The notes: generated by a model not told the origin, from the sequence alone. Shown: positions 40,452 to 49,604, counted from the first letter of the stretch. The stretch: DNA of 64,000 bases from Dehalococcoidia bacterium (GCA_963663235.2 CAXXNO010000004.1:128001-192000), one strand, 5' to 3'. Numbers and translations: made by a program.

Positions 40452-40716
40452 CTCACCCTTCCGCTGTGCGAAGGGCGCAAGCGCCCCCTGGCCCCCTTCA
40501 TAGGTGGGGAACGAACCTCACCCGCCTCTCCCCCCTCTCCATCGGCAAGCGATGGAGAGGGGGGAGAGGCGGGTCGGGCGGCGAGGGGCGCTCGGCGTCG
40601 GGCGGGGAGACCTCACCCTTCCGCTGTGCGAAGGGCGCAAGCGCCCCCTGGCCTCCTTCGACTCGCCTGCGGCTCGCTCAGGACGGGCCCTCTCCATCGG
40701 CGAGCGATGGAGAGGG
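40452..40716. repeat. Right copy (40452-40698) of the about 250-bp direct repeat flanking higBA
   Basis: Near-identical to 39438-39685 in the same orientation. Confidence 0.9.
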
Positions 40717-40726
40717 GTGGAGGCCG

Positions 40727-41326
40727 CTAGGCGGGCTTGCGAGCCAAGAGGTGGGCGAGGGGGCGTTCGGCGTCGGACGGGTCTTCGCGGAAGAGGATGG
40801 GGTCGAGGGTGGGGAAGAGGGCAGGGAGCTCGCCGCGGTTGAGCACGTACTCCTTGTGGACGGGGGGCGGGCCGGTTCCGCCTTCGACCATGGTGACGAA
40901 GAGCAGCAGGCCGCCGGGGGCGAGGACGGCCTCGATCTGGGGGGCGAGGTTGCGCTGGAGGTAGAGGGTGTTGACGACGAGGTCGTAGGGGCCGCGGAGG
41001 AGGGGCGCCTGCTCGAGGTCGCGGCAGAGGGTGGCAATAGGCAGGCGCTCTTTGCGGGCGCGGGCGGCGATGTGGTCGCAGGCGACCTGCGAGGCGTCGA
41101 TGGCGAGGAGGGCGAGGCCGCGGCGGGCGAGCCAGAAGGCGTTGCGGCCGAGGCCGGCGGCGATGGCGAGGGCGGCGCCGGTGGCGGGGAGTTGGTCGGC
41201 GACTTCGAGGAGGAAGGGGTGGGGGGCGTCGTCGGGGGGGCCTTGGGCCAGGGCGGCGCGGTGGCGGGCGTCCCAGTCGGGGGAGGGGGGCGACGGTTCA
41301 TCGCCAGCGGGGCAGTCGCGCGCCAT
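40727..41326 (-). CDS. Class I SAM-dependent methyltransferase (TehB-like)
   Basis: AL.IAAGLGRNAFWLA, AIDAS, YDLVV, LAPGGLL, L.RGEL..LF. Confidence 0.82.
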   Translation of the reverse strand: MARDCPAGDEPSPPSPDWDARHRAALAQGPPDDAPHPFLLEVADQLPATGAALAIAAGLGRNAFWLARRGLALLAIDASQVACDHIAARARKERLPIATLCRDLEQAPLLRGPYDLVVNTLYLQRNLAPQIEAVLAPGGLLLFVTMVEGGTGPPPVHKEYVLNRGELPALFPTLDPILFREDPSDAERPLAHLLARKPA

Positions 41327-41340
41327 CCAGAAGAGCCGTG

Positions 41341-42159
41341 CTAGCCGCTTGGCGCGGGTTGTTCGATGACGGCGAAGTCGGACTGGTCGAGGTCACTGAG
41401 CTCGCCCTTGCGGTAGGCGTCGTAGAGGTGGAAGAGCTCGGTCTTGTGGGGGCGCTTGCGGCCGAGGGGGCAGGCCTGCCAGGCGTCGTAGTCCTCGTCG
41501 CAGTAGCCCATGCGCAGCTCGCCACACTTGGGCTGGAGGTAGCGGCCGAGCTCGGGGACAGCGCGGACGACCTCGGCGCGCATGAGGGCGGCGACCTTGC
41601 GGAACTCCCATTGGGCGCGGGTGCAGAGTCGCTGGTCGCAGATGTGGAGGAGCTCGAGGAAGTTCACGCTGATCTTGAAGTTGGTGTTAGTGGCGTTGGG
41701 GAGGACGAAGCGGGCGTCCTCGGTGGGGACGCCGGCCTCGACCATGCGGCGGTAGAGGTCGCCGGTGGAGCCGAAGTGCTCGCGCATCTCGTCGGCGAAG
41801 CCGGCGCCGTCGACGGTGGCGGGGACGGTGAAGGGGAAGGTGCCGTCCTTGTAGGTGACGTAGCGCTGGCTCTGCTGCTCGAAGGAGATGCCGATGCGGT
41901 GGCGGACGAACTGGTGGCTGAAGGCGCGGGAGACGCCGCTGATGCCGAACTCGAACCAGACCTGCTCGAGAGGCGAGGAATGGCCGGTCTTGAGTCGCTC
42001 GGCGACGAACTCCTGCATCTTCTGGGGCGCGATGCGCTCATCCGCGACGCGCTCCAGCACCTGCTGGGGCGTGAGCGTCGAGTAGCAGACGCGGTAGGCC
42101 ATGTAGAGAGCGCGGATGGGATCCTTGGTGTGTTCGATCAGCGTGACTTGAATCGGCAC
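41341..42159 (-). CDS. thyX: FAD-dependent thymidylate synthase
   Basis: GHSSPLE, SRAFSHQFVRHRIGISFEQQSQRY ThyX motif, EDARFVLP, RLCTRAQWE. Confidence 0.95.
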   Translation of the reverse strand: MPIQVTLIEHTKDPIRALYMAYRVCYSTLTPQQVLERVADERIAPQKMQEFVAERLKTGHSSPLEQVWFEFGISGVSRAFSHQFVRHRIGISFEQQSQRYVTYKDGTFPFTVPATVDGAGFADEMREHFGSTGDLYRRMVEAGVPTEDARFVLPNATNTNFKISVNFLELLHICDQRLCTRAQWEFRKVAALMRAEVVRAVPELGRYLQPKCGELRMGYCDEDYDAWQACPLGRKRPHKTELFHLYDAYRKGELSDLDQSDFAVIEQPAPSG

Positions 42160-42252
42160 CGACGGCTCTCCCTACCGACCAGGCGAGAGTAGCACTGGGT
42201 CGACGCCCGGGCTCCCGGACGGAGCGGATGGTTCACGAGTTACGTGGCCCGG

Positions 42253-43386
42253 TTAGCGGGAGTCGAAGTCGCGGTAGGGGTCGATGTCGCCGCGGCGGCG
42301 GCGGCGGAACCATCGGAGCCAGCGACGCCGGCGGGGGCGGGGGAGCGAACCGGGGCGGGTGATGGCACGCGAGCGGATATCGATGACGACGCCGGTGCGG
42401 CGACTGGTCTCTTCCAGGCTCTCGACGTCGGAGACGGCGAGGTCGGTGCGGGGGCGGTTGCGGGGCCGGAAGAAGCGGCCCGCGCCGGGGGGCAGGTTCC
42501 AGGTGGGGCCCACGGCCGTGGCGGGCGCGCGCCAGCGGCCGATGAGCATGGGGTACAAGAGGAGCATCCCCGCCGCGAAGCCGCCGAGGTGCGCGAACCA
42601 GGCGGTCCCGCCGCTGCCGACGCTGTCGGAAGCGAAGGAGCCGATGCCGTTGACCAGGTTGATGAGGAACCAGAAGCCGATCATCAAGGGCGCGGGGACG
42701 ACGAGGGGGATGAGGAAGACGATGGGGATGAGCACCTGCACCATGGCGCGGGGGAAGAGCAAGAGGTAGGCGCCGAGCACGGCGGAGATGGCGCCGCTGG
42801 CGCCGATGACGGGAACCAAGTCGCTGGTGTCGAAGAAGATGTGGGCCGCGGTGGCGAGGTAGCCGCCCAGTCCATAGAAGAGCGCGAAGCGGACATGGCC
42901 GATGCGGTCCTCGACGTTATCGCCGAAGACCCAGAGGAAAAGCATATTGCCGATGAGGTGGATCCAGCCGCCGTGAAGGAACATGGCGGTGAGGGGGGTG
43001 AGCAGCAGCAGGAAGCCGTCGAGGAGGTTGATCCCCCGCCCCTCAACGGGGACCAACCGGCCTAGCTCGTTCGGCAGGAAGCGGCTGCTCTCGACGACGT
43101 CGTGCGAAGTGTCGTCGCCATCGAGGTAGCCGGTGACGAACTCGGGGACCGCGCCGTAACGGAGGACGAACTCGTCGCGATCGGAAATCCGGTAAGGCAC
43201 GACCGAGGGTACCGAGGTGGATTCCTGGCCGCGCGCCGCGAATTCGGAGTCAGGAATTTGGACAAAGGCGCTGGGCTGCGTGTCCAGAGTGAGCATGAAG
43301 AGGAAGACGAGGACGTTGATGGCGATGAGCGCGCGGGTGACGTAGGGCGTGGTGGCCCGAAACTGCGTGTCATGAATGGGGATCAT
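42253..43386 (-). CDS. Rhomboid family intramembrane serine protease
   Basis: MFLHGGWIHLIGNM, GDNVED, IGASGA, AWFAHLGGF. Confidence 0.92.
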   Translation of the reverse strand: MIPIHDTQFRATTPYVTRALIAINVLVFLFMLTLDTQPSAFVQIPDSEFAARGQESTSVPSVVPYRISDRDEFVLRYGAVPEFVTGYLDGDDTSHDVVESSRFLPNELGRLVPVEGRGINLLDGFLLLLTPLTAMFLHGGWIHLIGNMLFLWVFGDNVEDRIGHVRFALFYGLGGYLATAAHIFFDTSDLVPVIGASGAISAVLGAYLLLFPRAMVQVLIPIVFLIPLVVPAPLMIGFWFLINLVNGIGSFASDSVGSGGTAWFAHLGGFAAGMLLLYPMLIGRWRAPATAVGPTWNLPPGAGRFFRPRNRPRTDLAVSDVESLEETSRRTGVVIDIRSRAITRPGSLPRPRRRRWLRWFRRRRRGDIDPYRDFDSR

Positions 43387-43441
43387 GAATCGAGAAGCGC
43401 TCCGGGGATCATCGTAGCCGACGGGGACGTTGGGGCAGGGG

Positions 43442-43502
43442 CCCTTCGACACGCTCCCCTCGACTCGCCTTCGACAGGCTCAGGGCAGGCAGGACGAACG
43501 GG
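43442..43502. repeat. Nested CCTTCGAC...GCTCAGG mini-element
   Basis: CCCTTCGACACGCTC[...CCTTCGACAGGCTCAGGGCAGG]CAGGACGAACGG, same family as 34508. Confidence 0.7.
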
Positions 43503-43534
43503 GGGCATCAGGCGAAGGGGCGGTGCGTCGCCTC

Positions 43535-45192
43535 CTATGGATCGATGACGAAGAAGCTGGCCAGGATGCGGTCCAAGGCCTCCACGTCCGCCTCCGTCAC
43601 CAGCTGGATCTGCACGCTGATGATGAAGGAGCGGTCCTGGGGCACGGCGGCCAGAGAGATGTAGACAACCTCCTCCCCGCCGCAGCCCTCGAACTGGTCG
43701 AAGAAGCCGGTGTAGGCCGGGTCATCATAGGGAAAACGCCCGAGGTAGTTGCAGGAGGAGAAGTTGAACTGCGTCTGGGCAAAGTCCAGGAGCGCGTTCT
43801 CATCGAACCGCTGTGTGAGGATCTGGGAGGCGGCGAAGAACACGCCCGGCTCGGTCCACGTGCCGAAGAACGCGCCGCGGTTCCCGGCGGCGGAGATCGA
43901 GGGGCCAACGCTGTCTCCGTCCACCATCCAAGCGGTGCCGTCGACGTCGGCCCATTCGATGGGGATCTCCACCACGAGGAGGCCGGTCTCGTCCTCGACC
44001 CGGACGAAGCCGGAGTAGCGGGCGGCGGCGGGCGCCGGCTCGAACTCTTCTTGGAGCTCGGCGGCGAAGGAGAACGATTCCGCCAGTTGCTCGCCGGCGT
44101 TGAGGCGGCCCTCCAGGACCTGGCCGGTGTCAGAGCGGAGCACCTCGACGGAGAGCACGGCACCCGGGCCCTGCGTGCGGAGGATCTGGCAGTAGTCGGA
44201 CATGGTGCCGTCGGTGGCGAGGAGGAGGCCCTCCATGCGGGTGATGATGTCGCCGGACTGGATGCCGAGGTCGTCGGCGGGCGATCCGGAGGCGACGGAG
44301 GCGACCCAGATGCCGCTGAAGTCGGGACCCAGGATGGCCTGGCCGTTCACGCCGATGGAGGTGACGTCCTCGTCGGCGATGAGGCGGTCCAGGATGCGCT
44401 GCGCTTCATCGGCGCGGATGGCGAAGGACTGGCCCTCGAAGCTGCCGGCGTAGTTGATGCCGACGACGCGGCCGTCCTCGGTGACGAGCGGGCCGCCGGA
44501 GTTGCCGCCGAGCAGCGTGGCGTCATGCTCCAGCACGAAGTCGACGGAGGCCCAGACGCTCTCGCCGTCGGCGTCGGCCTTGGAGACGATACCGCCGGTG
44601 AGAGTGTATTCGGGGTCGCCCAAGGGGTAGCCGGCCGCGAAGGTTTGCAGGCCGGGGGTGGTATCACCCTGGTACCACTGCAGGAAGGGGTGGCCGTCGC
44701 CTTCGATCTGGATGACGGCGAGGTCGGAGCACTCGGAGACGCCGAGGATGCGGGCGTTGCGCGGGCGGTCATCGTCGCTGAAGAAGACCTCCAGCAGGGC
44801 GGCGCCGGTGACCACGTGGTTGTTGGTCACGGCCAAGCCGGAGGGGTCGATGATGAAGCCGGTGCCGCTGCCGGCCACGTTGAGGAGCTCGCCGAACTCG
44901 GGATCGCGGAAGGTGCCTTGCGCGACGATGCGGACGACGGCCTGCTCCACGTCCGCCACTGCGCCGATTGCGCCCGCGGGCAGGATTTCCGGTTCGGGCT
45001 CGGCCTGGATCGTCGGTTCCCGCTCGGCTCGCGGCTCCGGCTCAGCCTGCTCTGTGACGGTGGGCCGCGGCGCTTCTTCTTCCTCTTCGGCTTTGTCGCC
45101 GCCGCCGCCGCAAGCCACCAGCAGGAGCGAGAGCATCGCGAGCAAGCCCGCAAGCACGAGCAGGCTCTTTTCGGGTCACGCAACCATCGCAT
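43535..45192 (-). CDS. S1C (HtrA-like) serine protease lipoprotein with PDZ; likely 1-nt indel near the start
   Basis: Lipobox LLVAC, TNNHVV, DLAVI, GNSGGPL, PDZ (GSPADDLG..GDII). ATG 45192 with GGAGG RBS is out of frame; one extra A in the run near 45167-45171 gives MRWLRDPKKSLLVLAG. Confidence 0.85.
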
Positions 45193-45340
45193 CTCAGATT
45201 CCTCCCGATATCCCGGTATCCGACGATACCGCGCGAAGACTAGCAGAGCCGCATCGCAGGCGAATCAGGCGCACTCCGTAGAGATCGAAACTCGTGCCGC
45301 CTGCGAGCGAACCGATACGCGCGGGCGGCCGCGGAGCCGA

Positions 45341-45955
45341 TCAGGGGGTGTCGAGGTGGGAGGTGTCGTTGAGGAGGACGAGCACCGGCGTCTCGCCGAA
45401 GTGGTCGATGCGGGTCAAGCCGACGTTGGCGATCTTGAGCCGCCAACTGGCGCTGTAGGGCAGGTCGAGCAGGGCGGCGACCAGCGCCTGGGCGGCGTTG
45501 CCGTGGGTGACGAGCAAGGTGGAGCGATCGACCTGATCCGACACGACCTCGGAGTAGACCGCGAGCATCCGGAGCCGCAGCTCCGCAAGGGACTCCCCGC
45601 CCGGGGGGCGGAAGTCGGCGGTGGGATTGAGCAGGGCCTGCCACTGATCCTGATGGCGGTTCTTGACAACCTCGCCGGTGAGGCCCTCCCATTCGCCGTA
45701 GTGCATCTCGCGCAGGCGGGCATCGCAGCGCAGCGGCAGATCGCGGCCGGCGACGACGGCCTCGGCCGTCTCCCGCGAGCGCGCCAGGTCCGAGGAGATG
45801 ATCGAGTCGAGCGTGACGCTGGACAGCCGACTGGCGAGAGCGCGCGCCTGGCGGCGCCCGAGGTCCGTGAGCGGCGGGTCCGCGGCCCCAGCGAAGACGC
45901 CGTCGCGGTTTGATTCGCTCTCGGCGTGGCGGACGACATAGACCGTGGTCGTCAC
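45341..45955 (-). CDS. Histidine phosphatase family (CobC/phosphoglycerate mutase-like)
   Basis: VRHAES, SSDLAR, LREMHYGEWEG, PGGES, VTHG; next to cbiB. Confidence 0.87.
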   Translation of the reverse strand: MTTTVYVVRHAESESNRDGVFAGAADPPLTDLGRRQARALASRLSSVTLDSIISSDLARSRETAEAVVAGRDLPLRCDARLREMHYGEWEGLTGEVVKNRHQDQWQALLNPTADFRPPGGESLAELRLRMLAVYSEVVSDQVDRSTLLVTHGNAAQALVAALLDLPYSASWRLKIANVGLTRIDHFGETPVLVLLNDTSHLDTP

Positions 45956-45962
45956 AGCGGTG

Positions 45963-46937
45963 TCAGCGGCCGCGGCGGGCGCGGGGACGCGCGATCGCCA
46001 GCCCGACGATCGTGAGAGCGACCAGCGCGGCCCCCAGCAGCGCGACGCCGCCGTGGATGCGTCGTGCGCGGGCGACGTCGTCCTGGGTAGCAGGAGGCGC
46101 AGCGGCCTGCAGCGGTGCGCCATCCTCGCCGACGAGCGCAACGTTCAGGGCCGCCGCCATGACGGCGCTGCCGGACGGAACGGGCCGCCGGCGAAACGCC
46201 CAATCGGTGAAAGAGGCGGCCAGCCCCGGCCAGACCCGACGCGAGCGCCCGCCCCCAAGCGGCGCGGCGATCGCGACCAGAACGGCTTGCAGATAGGCGG
46301 CCTGCGTCCGCAGCTGCTCCCCTCTCCAGGCCGCGGCTCGCGCGAGGAAGCGGAGCCAGCCCGGCGCCGGCGAGTGCTCCAGCCAGGCCGCCAGGCGGTA
46401 CGTCATCGCGCCGGGCAAGCCGAAGAGCGCGTAGGCGAACCAGGGCGCTAGGTATGCGTCGGCGGGGCGCTGGGCCAGCTCCGTGATGGTGCGGGAAGCG
46501 ACGGCAGCGGCGTCGAGATCGGGAAGGGGGGCGCCGGCGAGCGACTCCAGCGGCGCGCGGGCGGCGGCCACATCGCCGGCTTGGAGGGAGCGCTGCACGC
46601 GGGCCGCGAGCCGGTCCAGGCGGAAAAGATCGAAGGTCGAAGCGAGGAGCACCGACTCAATGGCCACAGCGGCGACACCGGGACGCCGTCCCAGCCGTGA
46701 GAGGAGCGGGGCCGAGACGCCGAGGAGCAGCAAGGGCCGGACCAGGACGCCGCCGCCCCACTCGAGCGCCCAGCCGAGCCAGAACGGCGAGAGGCGCCCC
46801 GGGGGATCGCCGAGGGCGCGCCGCACGGCCAGCGCGCAGAGGAAGACGCCGATGCGGCGCGCCGGCCGTCGCACGTCAGGCCGCCGGGCCGGGACAGTTG
46901 AAGGAGGCGGAGGCGTCGACTGGCCAGAGCGCGCCAT
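45963..46937 (-). CDS. cbiB: CobD/CbiB-family membrane protein (divergent)
   Basis: LGDPP, L.AGDVAAAR..L..L, D.YLAPWFAYALFGLPGAM.YR, G..MAAALNV.L. Confidence 0.7.
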   Translation of the reverse strand: MARSGQSTPPPPSTVPARRPDVRRPARRIGVFLCALAVRRALGDPPGRLSPFWLGWALEWGGGVLVRPLLLLGVSAPLLSRLGRRPGVAAVAIESVLLASTFDLFRLDRLAARVQRSLQAGDVAAARAPLESLAGAPLPDLDAAAVASRTITELAQRPADAYLAPWFAYALFGLPGAMTYRLAAWLEHSPAPGWLRFLARAAAWRGEQLRTQAAYLQAVLVAIAAPLGGGRSRRVWPGLAASFTDWAFRRRPVPSGSAVMAAALNVALVGEDGAPLQAAAPPATQDDVARARRIHGGVALLGAALVALTIVGLAIARPRARRGR

Positions 46938-47217
46938 CACGGACGGCGAGGCCCTGGAGGACGGGGGCCTCTTCGAAGCGGAAGGCGAGGCCCTCGAGGG
47001 CCAGCGCCGCGGGCGGGGCGGGTTGCACATCCATGCGGGGTTGAGTCTACGTCGTGATGGGGTGTGGGGCGGCGCTCAACAAGCCCGCGCGGCGCCGGAG
47101 GAAGCCGAGCGCCCCGGTGGGCGCGGGCGGGCCGACGGCGGCAGACAGCCGCCCGCGCGGGTCTGGACGGGACCCGCGCCGGCAGCGCAGCAGAGGGAGC
47201 CGAGGAGAATCAATGCG

Positions 47218-47430
47218 TTAGGAGCTCGGGCGCATCTTGGAGGCTCTGAGCGCCGCTTCGATCCGGCGGACGCAGATGCGCCCGGAGATCACGTCCTCCT
47301 CGCGGCGTCGCGAGCCGTTCACGGCGTGGATCACGTCCCGCAGCGGACTTAGTGGCGCCTGGAGGATCGGCATCGTCTTGACACACTTCATGTCCCTTAG
47401 AGGGTTCAGCGAGTCCGACGTGACGGCCAT
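47218..47430 (-). CDS. Possible small hypothetical protein, divergent from the Zn-finger genes
   Basis: 50-70 aa frame (MPILQAPLSPLRDVIHAVNGSRRREEDVISGRICVRRIEAALRASK); start uncertain. Confidence 0.35.
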   Translation of the reverse strand: MAVTSDSLNPLRDMKCVKTMPILQAPLSPLRDVIHAVNGSRRREEDVISGRICVRRIEAALRASKMRPSS

Positions 47431-47777
47431 GGGGCCGAACTTTTCGCGATTGGCCAGCGGAGATCGCGGATCGTCAGGGCGTGCCGCGGGTGAAAGGCGG
47501 CGCGAAGCGACGGAAGTCGCGTTAAGAGGCCGTAAATTGCGGCACAAACGAGGCTTGAGGAGCGTTATTGGGGGAGAACGCGGGTTGACAGCCGACCGCG
47601 GCGGCGCGCAGAATGTGCGAGAATTCACAAGTGATGGCGGCGGCACATTGTCAAGAGCGGGCTCCAGAGAAGGGAGCCGCCCGTCGGCCCGAGGGGGCCG
47701 CAGCCTCACCGGCGGCGGCTCGCCAGAGCGGGCGGAAGCGGCAGTTCCCTGGAGGACTGAGAAGGAGGCACCCCACC

Positions 47778-47987
47778 ATGGCCGTCACGACCCAGATTCG
47801 ATGTCCTCGCTGCACCGGCGCAATGCTGGCCGAATCCGACGCCCACGGGCAGTTCGGCACCTGCATCGCGTGCGGCTACGTGCACGAGAGCAAGGTCATC
47901 TCGGTCTTCGAGTTGGAGGAAGAGCAGGCGGTGGTGGAGGGTCGGCAGCGTCGTCGCCAGCCGTCGCACGGTAAGTTGCGCCTCTAG
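47778..47987 (+). CDS. Small zinc-ribbon protein (CPRC...CIAC) with acidic patch and basic tail
   Basis: AAGGAGG RBS, 69 aa, two CxxC pairs, ends RQRRRQPSHGKLRL. Confidence 0.8.
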   Translation: MAVTTQIRCPRCTGAMLAESDAHGQFGTCIACGYVHESKVISVFELEEEQAVVEGRQRRRQPSHGKLRL

Positions 47988-48262
47988 GCTCGGTCCATCG
48001 CCTAGGCTAGTCCCCGCGTTTTCCCGGCCGCCCCGCGCCGGCGGGCCTCTCGTGAGACATCCCGCCTGGTGCCGGGCGTAACCGAATTCACACCCGATCT
48101 CCCAGCGGCAAATACATCTGGTCCTGCCCCTCTAGGGCGTGCCGCGGCGGCGCGTAGGTCTATCCCCGATGCCGACCGGCCCCTAGGTGAAGAGAATGCC
48201 CCCATCAAGCGCGGCGAGAGCGGAGCCGCCCGCAGGGCTCCCGGGGGGAGAGCGAACGGACC

Positions 48263-48463
48263 ATGACGCGATCATGCCGGCACTACTGGCTCCTGGCACA
48301 GCCCGACGGCGCGATGGTCGCCGGGCAGTGCAAGCGCTGCCGGCGAGAGCGGGCGTTTCCCGCCCATCTCGAGGAGACCGAGCGCAGCAACGACTACCAG
48401 GACCTCCAGCGCGAGCCTTCGGCGCCCCGGGCCGAGCCGTGGCGGGCGGGCGTCGCCGCCTAA
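48263..48463 (+). CDS. Small putative zinc-binding protein (CxHYW...CxxC)
   Basis: 66 aa, CRHYWLLAQPDG...GQCKRCRRERAF; GGAG upstream. Confidence 0.75.
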   Translation: MTRSCRHYWLLAQPDGAMVAGQCKRCRRERAFPAHLEETERSNDYQDLQREPSAPRAEPWRAGVAA

Positions 48464-48612
48464 TCGCGGGGGGATCCCGTCGAACCGGCACGGAGATTGT
48501 ATCCAGCGGGGCTCACCGCTAGAGTAAGGCCCCTTTTCCGGCGTGCGGCGATGAGCCGATACGCCGTGCAGCAGCGACGATCGTCAGGACGGCGCAGCGG
48601 AGGAGGATTGGG

Positions 48613-49368
48613 TTGGAAGCGAAAGTGAAAACGGACAAAGACAGCAACGCGATCCGCAGGGTGCGTCCGAGGATTCGGGTGCTGATCGTGGATGATCACT
48701 CGGTCCTGCGGCAGGCGTTGCGCCTGCTGCTGCAAAGCCACGACGACTTGGACGTGCTGGGCGAGGTGGCCAATGGGCGCGAGGCGGTGGCGGCGGCGGA
48801 GAAGCTGCAGCCGGACGTGGTGCTGATGGACGTGGTCATGCCGGGGCTCAACGGCCTGGACGCGACGCGGCAGATCCGCAAACGCTGCCCGCGGATCCGC
48901 GTCCTGATGCTGTCCGGCTACGAAGAGGATGAGCAGATCATCGAAGCGCTGCGGGCAGGCGCGAGTGGGTACCTGATCAAGGAATCGGACATTAGCGAGC
49001 TGCTGCTGGCGATCCAGTCGGTGGCGCGGGGCAACACCTACTTCTCGGCGTCGTTCTCGGAGCGGGGCGGCGGGGGCGACTTTCTGCTGCGCGCGCGGGG
49101 GAACGATTCCGAGGTGGGGTTTGACCGGCTCACCGACCGGGAACGCGAAGTGCTGCAACTGATCGCCGAAGGGCATTCCAACCGATCGATCGCCGAGGAG
49201 CTGGTGATCAGCGTGAAGACCGTGGAGGCGCACAAGGCGCACATCATGAGCAAGCTGGGCGCCCGCAATCGCACGGATTTGATCCGCTACGCGATCCGGC
49301 GGGGGATCATCGGACTGGAGCCGATGCCGAACCTGCACGCGGATGAATCGCGGGAAGCGAGCGCGTGA
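48613..49368 (+). CDS. NarL/FixJ-family response regulator (REC + LuxR HTH)
   Basis: IVDDH, MDVVMP, LTDREREVL, ISVKTVEAHKAHIM.KL; AGGAGG RBS. Confidence 0.95.
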   Translation: MEAKVKTDKDSNAIRRVRPRIRVLIVDDHSVLRQALRLLLQSHDDLDVLGEVANGREAVAAAEKLQPDVVLMDVVMPGLNGLDATRQIRKRCPRIRVLMLSGYEEDEQIIEALRAGASGYLIKESDISELLLAIQSVARGNTYFSASFSERGGGGDFLLRARGNDSEVGFDRLTDREREVLQLIAEGHSNRSIAEELVISVKTVEAHKAHIMSKLGARNRTDLIRYAIRRGIIGLEPMPNLHADESREASA

Positions 49369-49604
49369 GCGCGGCCGAGGCGGCCAGCGACGGGGGCAGT
49401 GACGGTGCCATGCCGGCGGCGGAGAGCGCGCAGTTGCTCCTGCCCCGCCTGGAACGTCTGGTGGCGTTGCGCAGCCTCCACGCCGAGCACCTGAACGACG
49501 AGGGCCGACGCTTGATCCAGCGTGCGATCTTCTCGACGTACGTCGATTGTCGCGAGCTGGGGCTGGCCGATGACGCGCGCGCGCTGATCAGCGAGCGCTC
49601 CTAA
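49365..49604 (+). CDS. Small helical hypothetical protein coupled to the regulator
   Basis: GTGA overlap; 79 aa (RLERLVALR...GRRLIQRAIFSTYVDCRELG). Confidence 0.7.
   Translation: MSAAEAASDGGSDGAMPAAESAQLLLPRLERLVALRSLHAEHLNDEGRRLIQRAIFSTYVDCRELGLADDARALISERS

Noticed and set aside
39342-40716. Repeat clusters as CRISPR or integron attC sites
   Set aside because: No regular repeat-spacer period, no RYYYAAC/GTTRRRY ends, and no cas or intI gene in the window.
47035-47220. Cobalamin riboswitch upstream of cbiB/cobC
   Set aside because: The conserved B12-element motifs (GGGAA, GCCACTG, AGYCAGRAGACC) are not visible on the minus strand.
48520-48565. Sigma28 promoter (GCCGATAC at about 48555)
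   Set aside because: A -10-like sequence is present but there is no TAAA-like -35 at the expected spacing.
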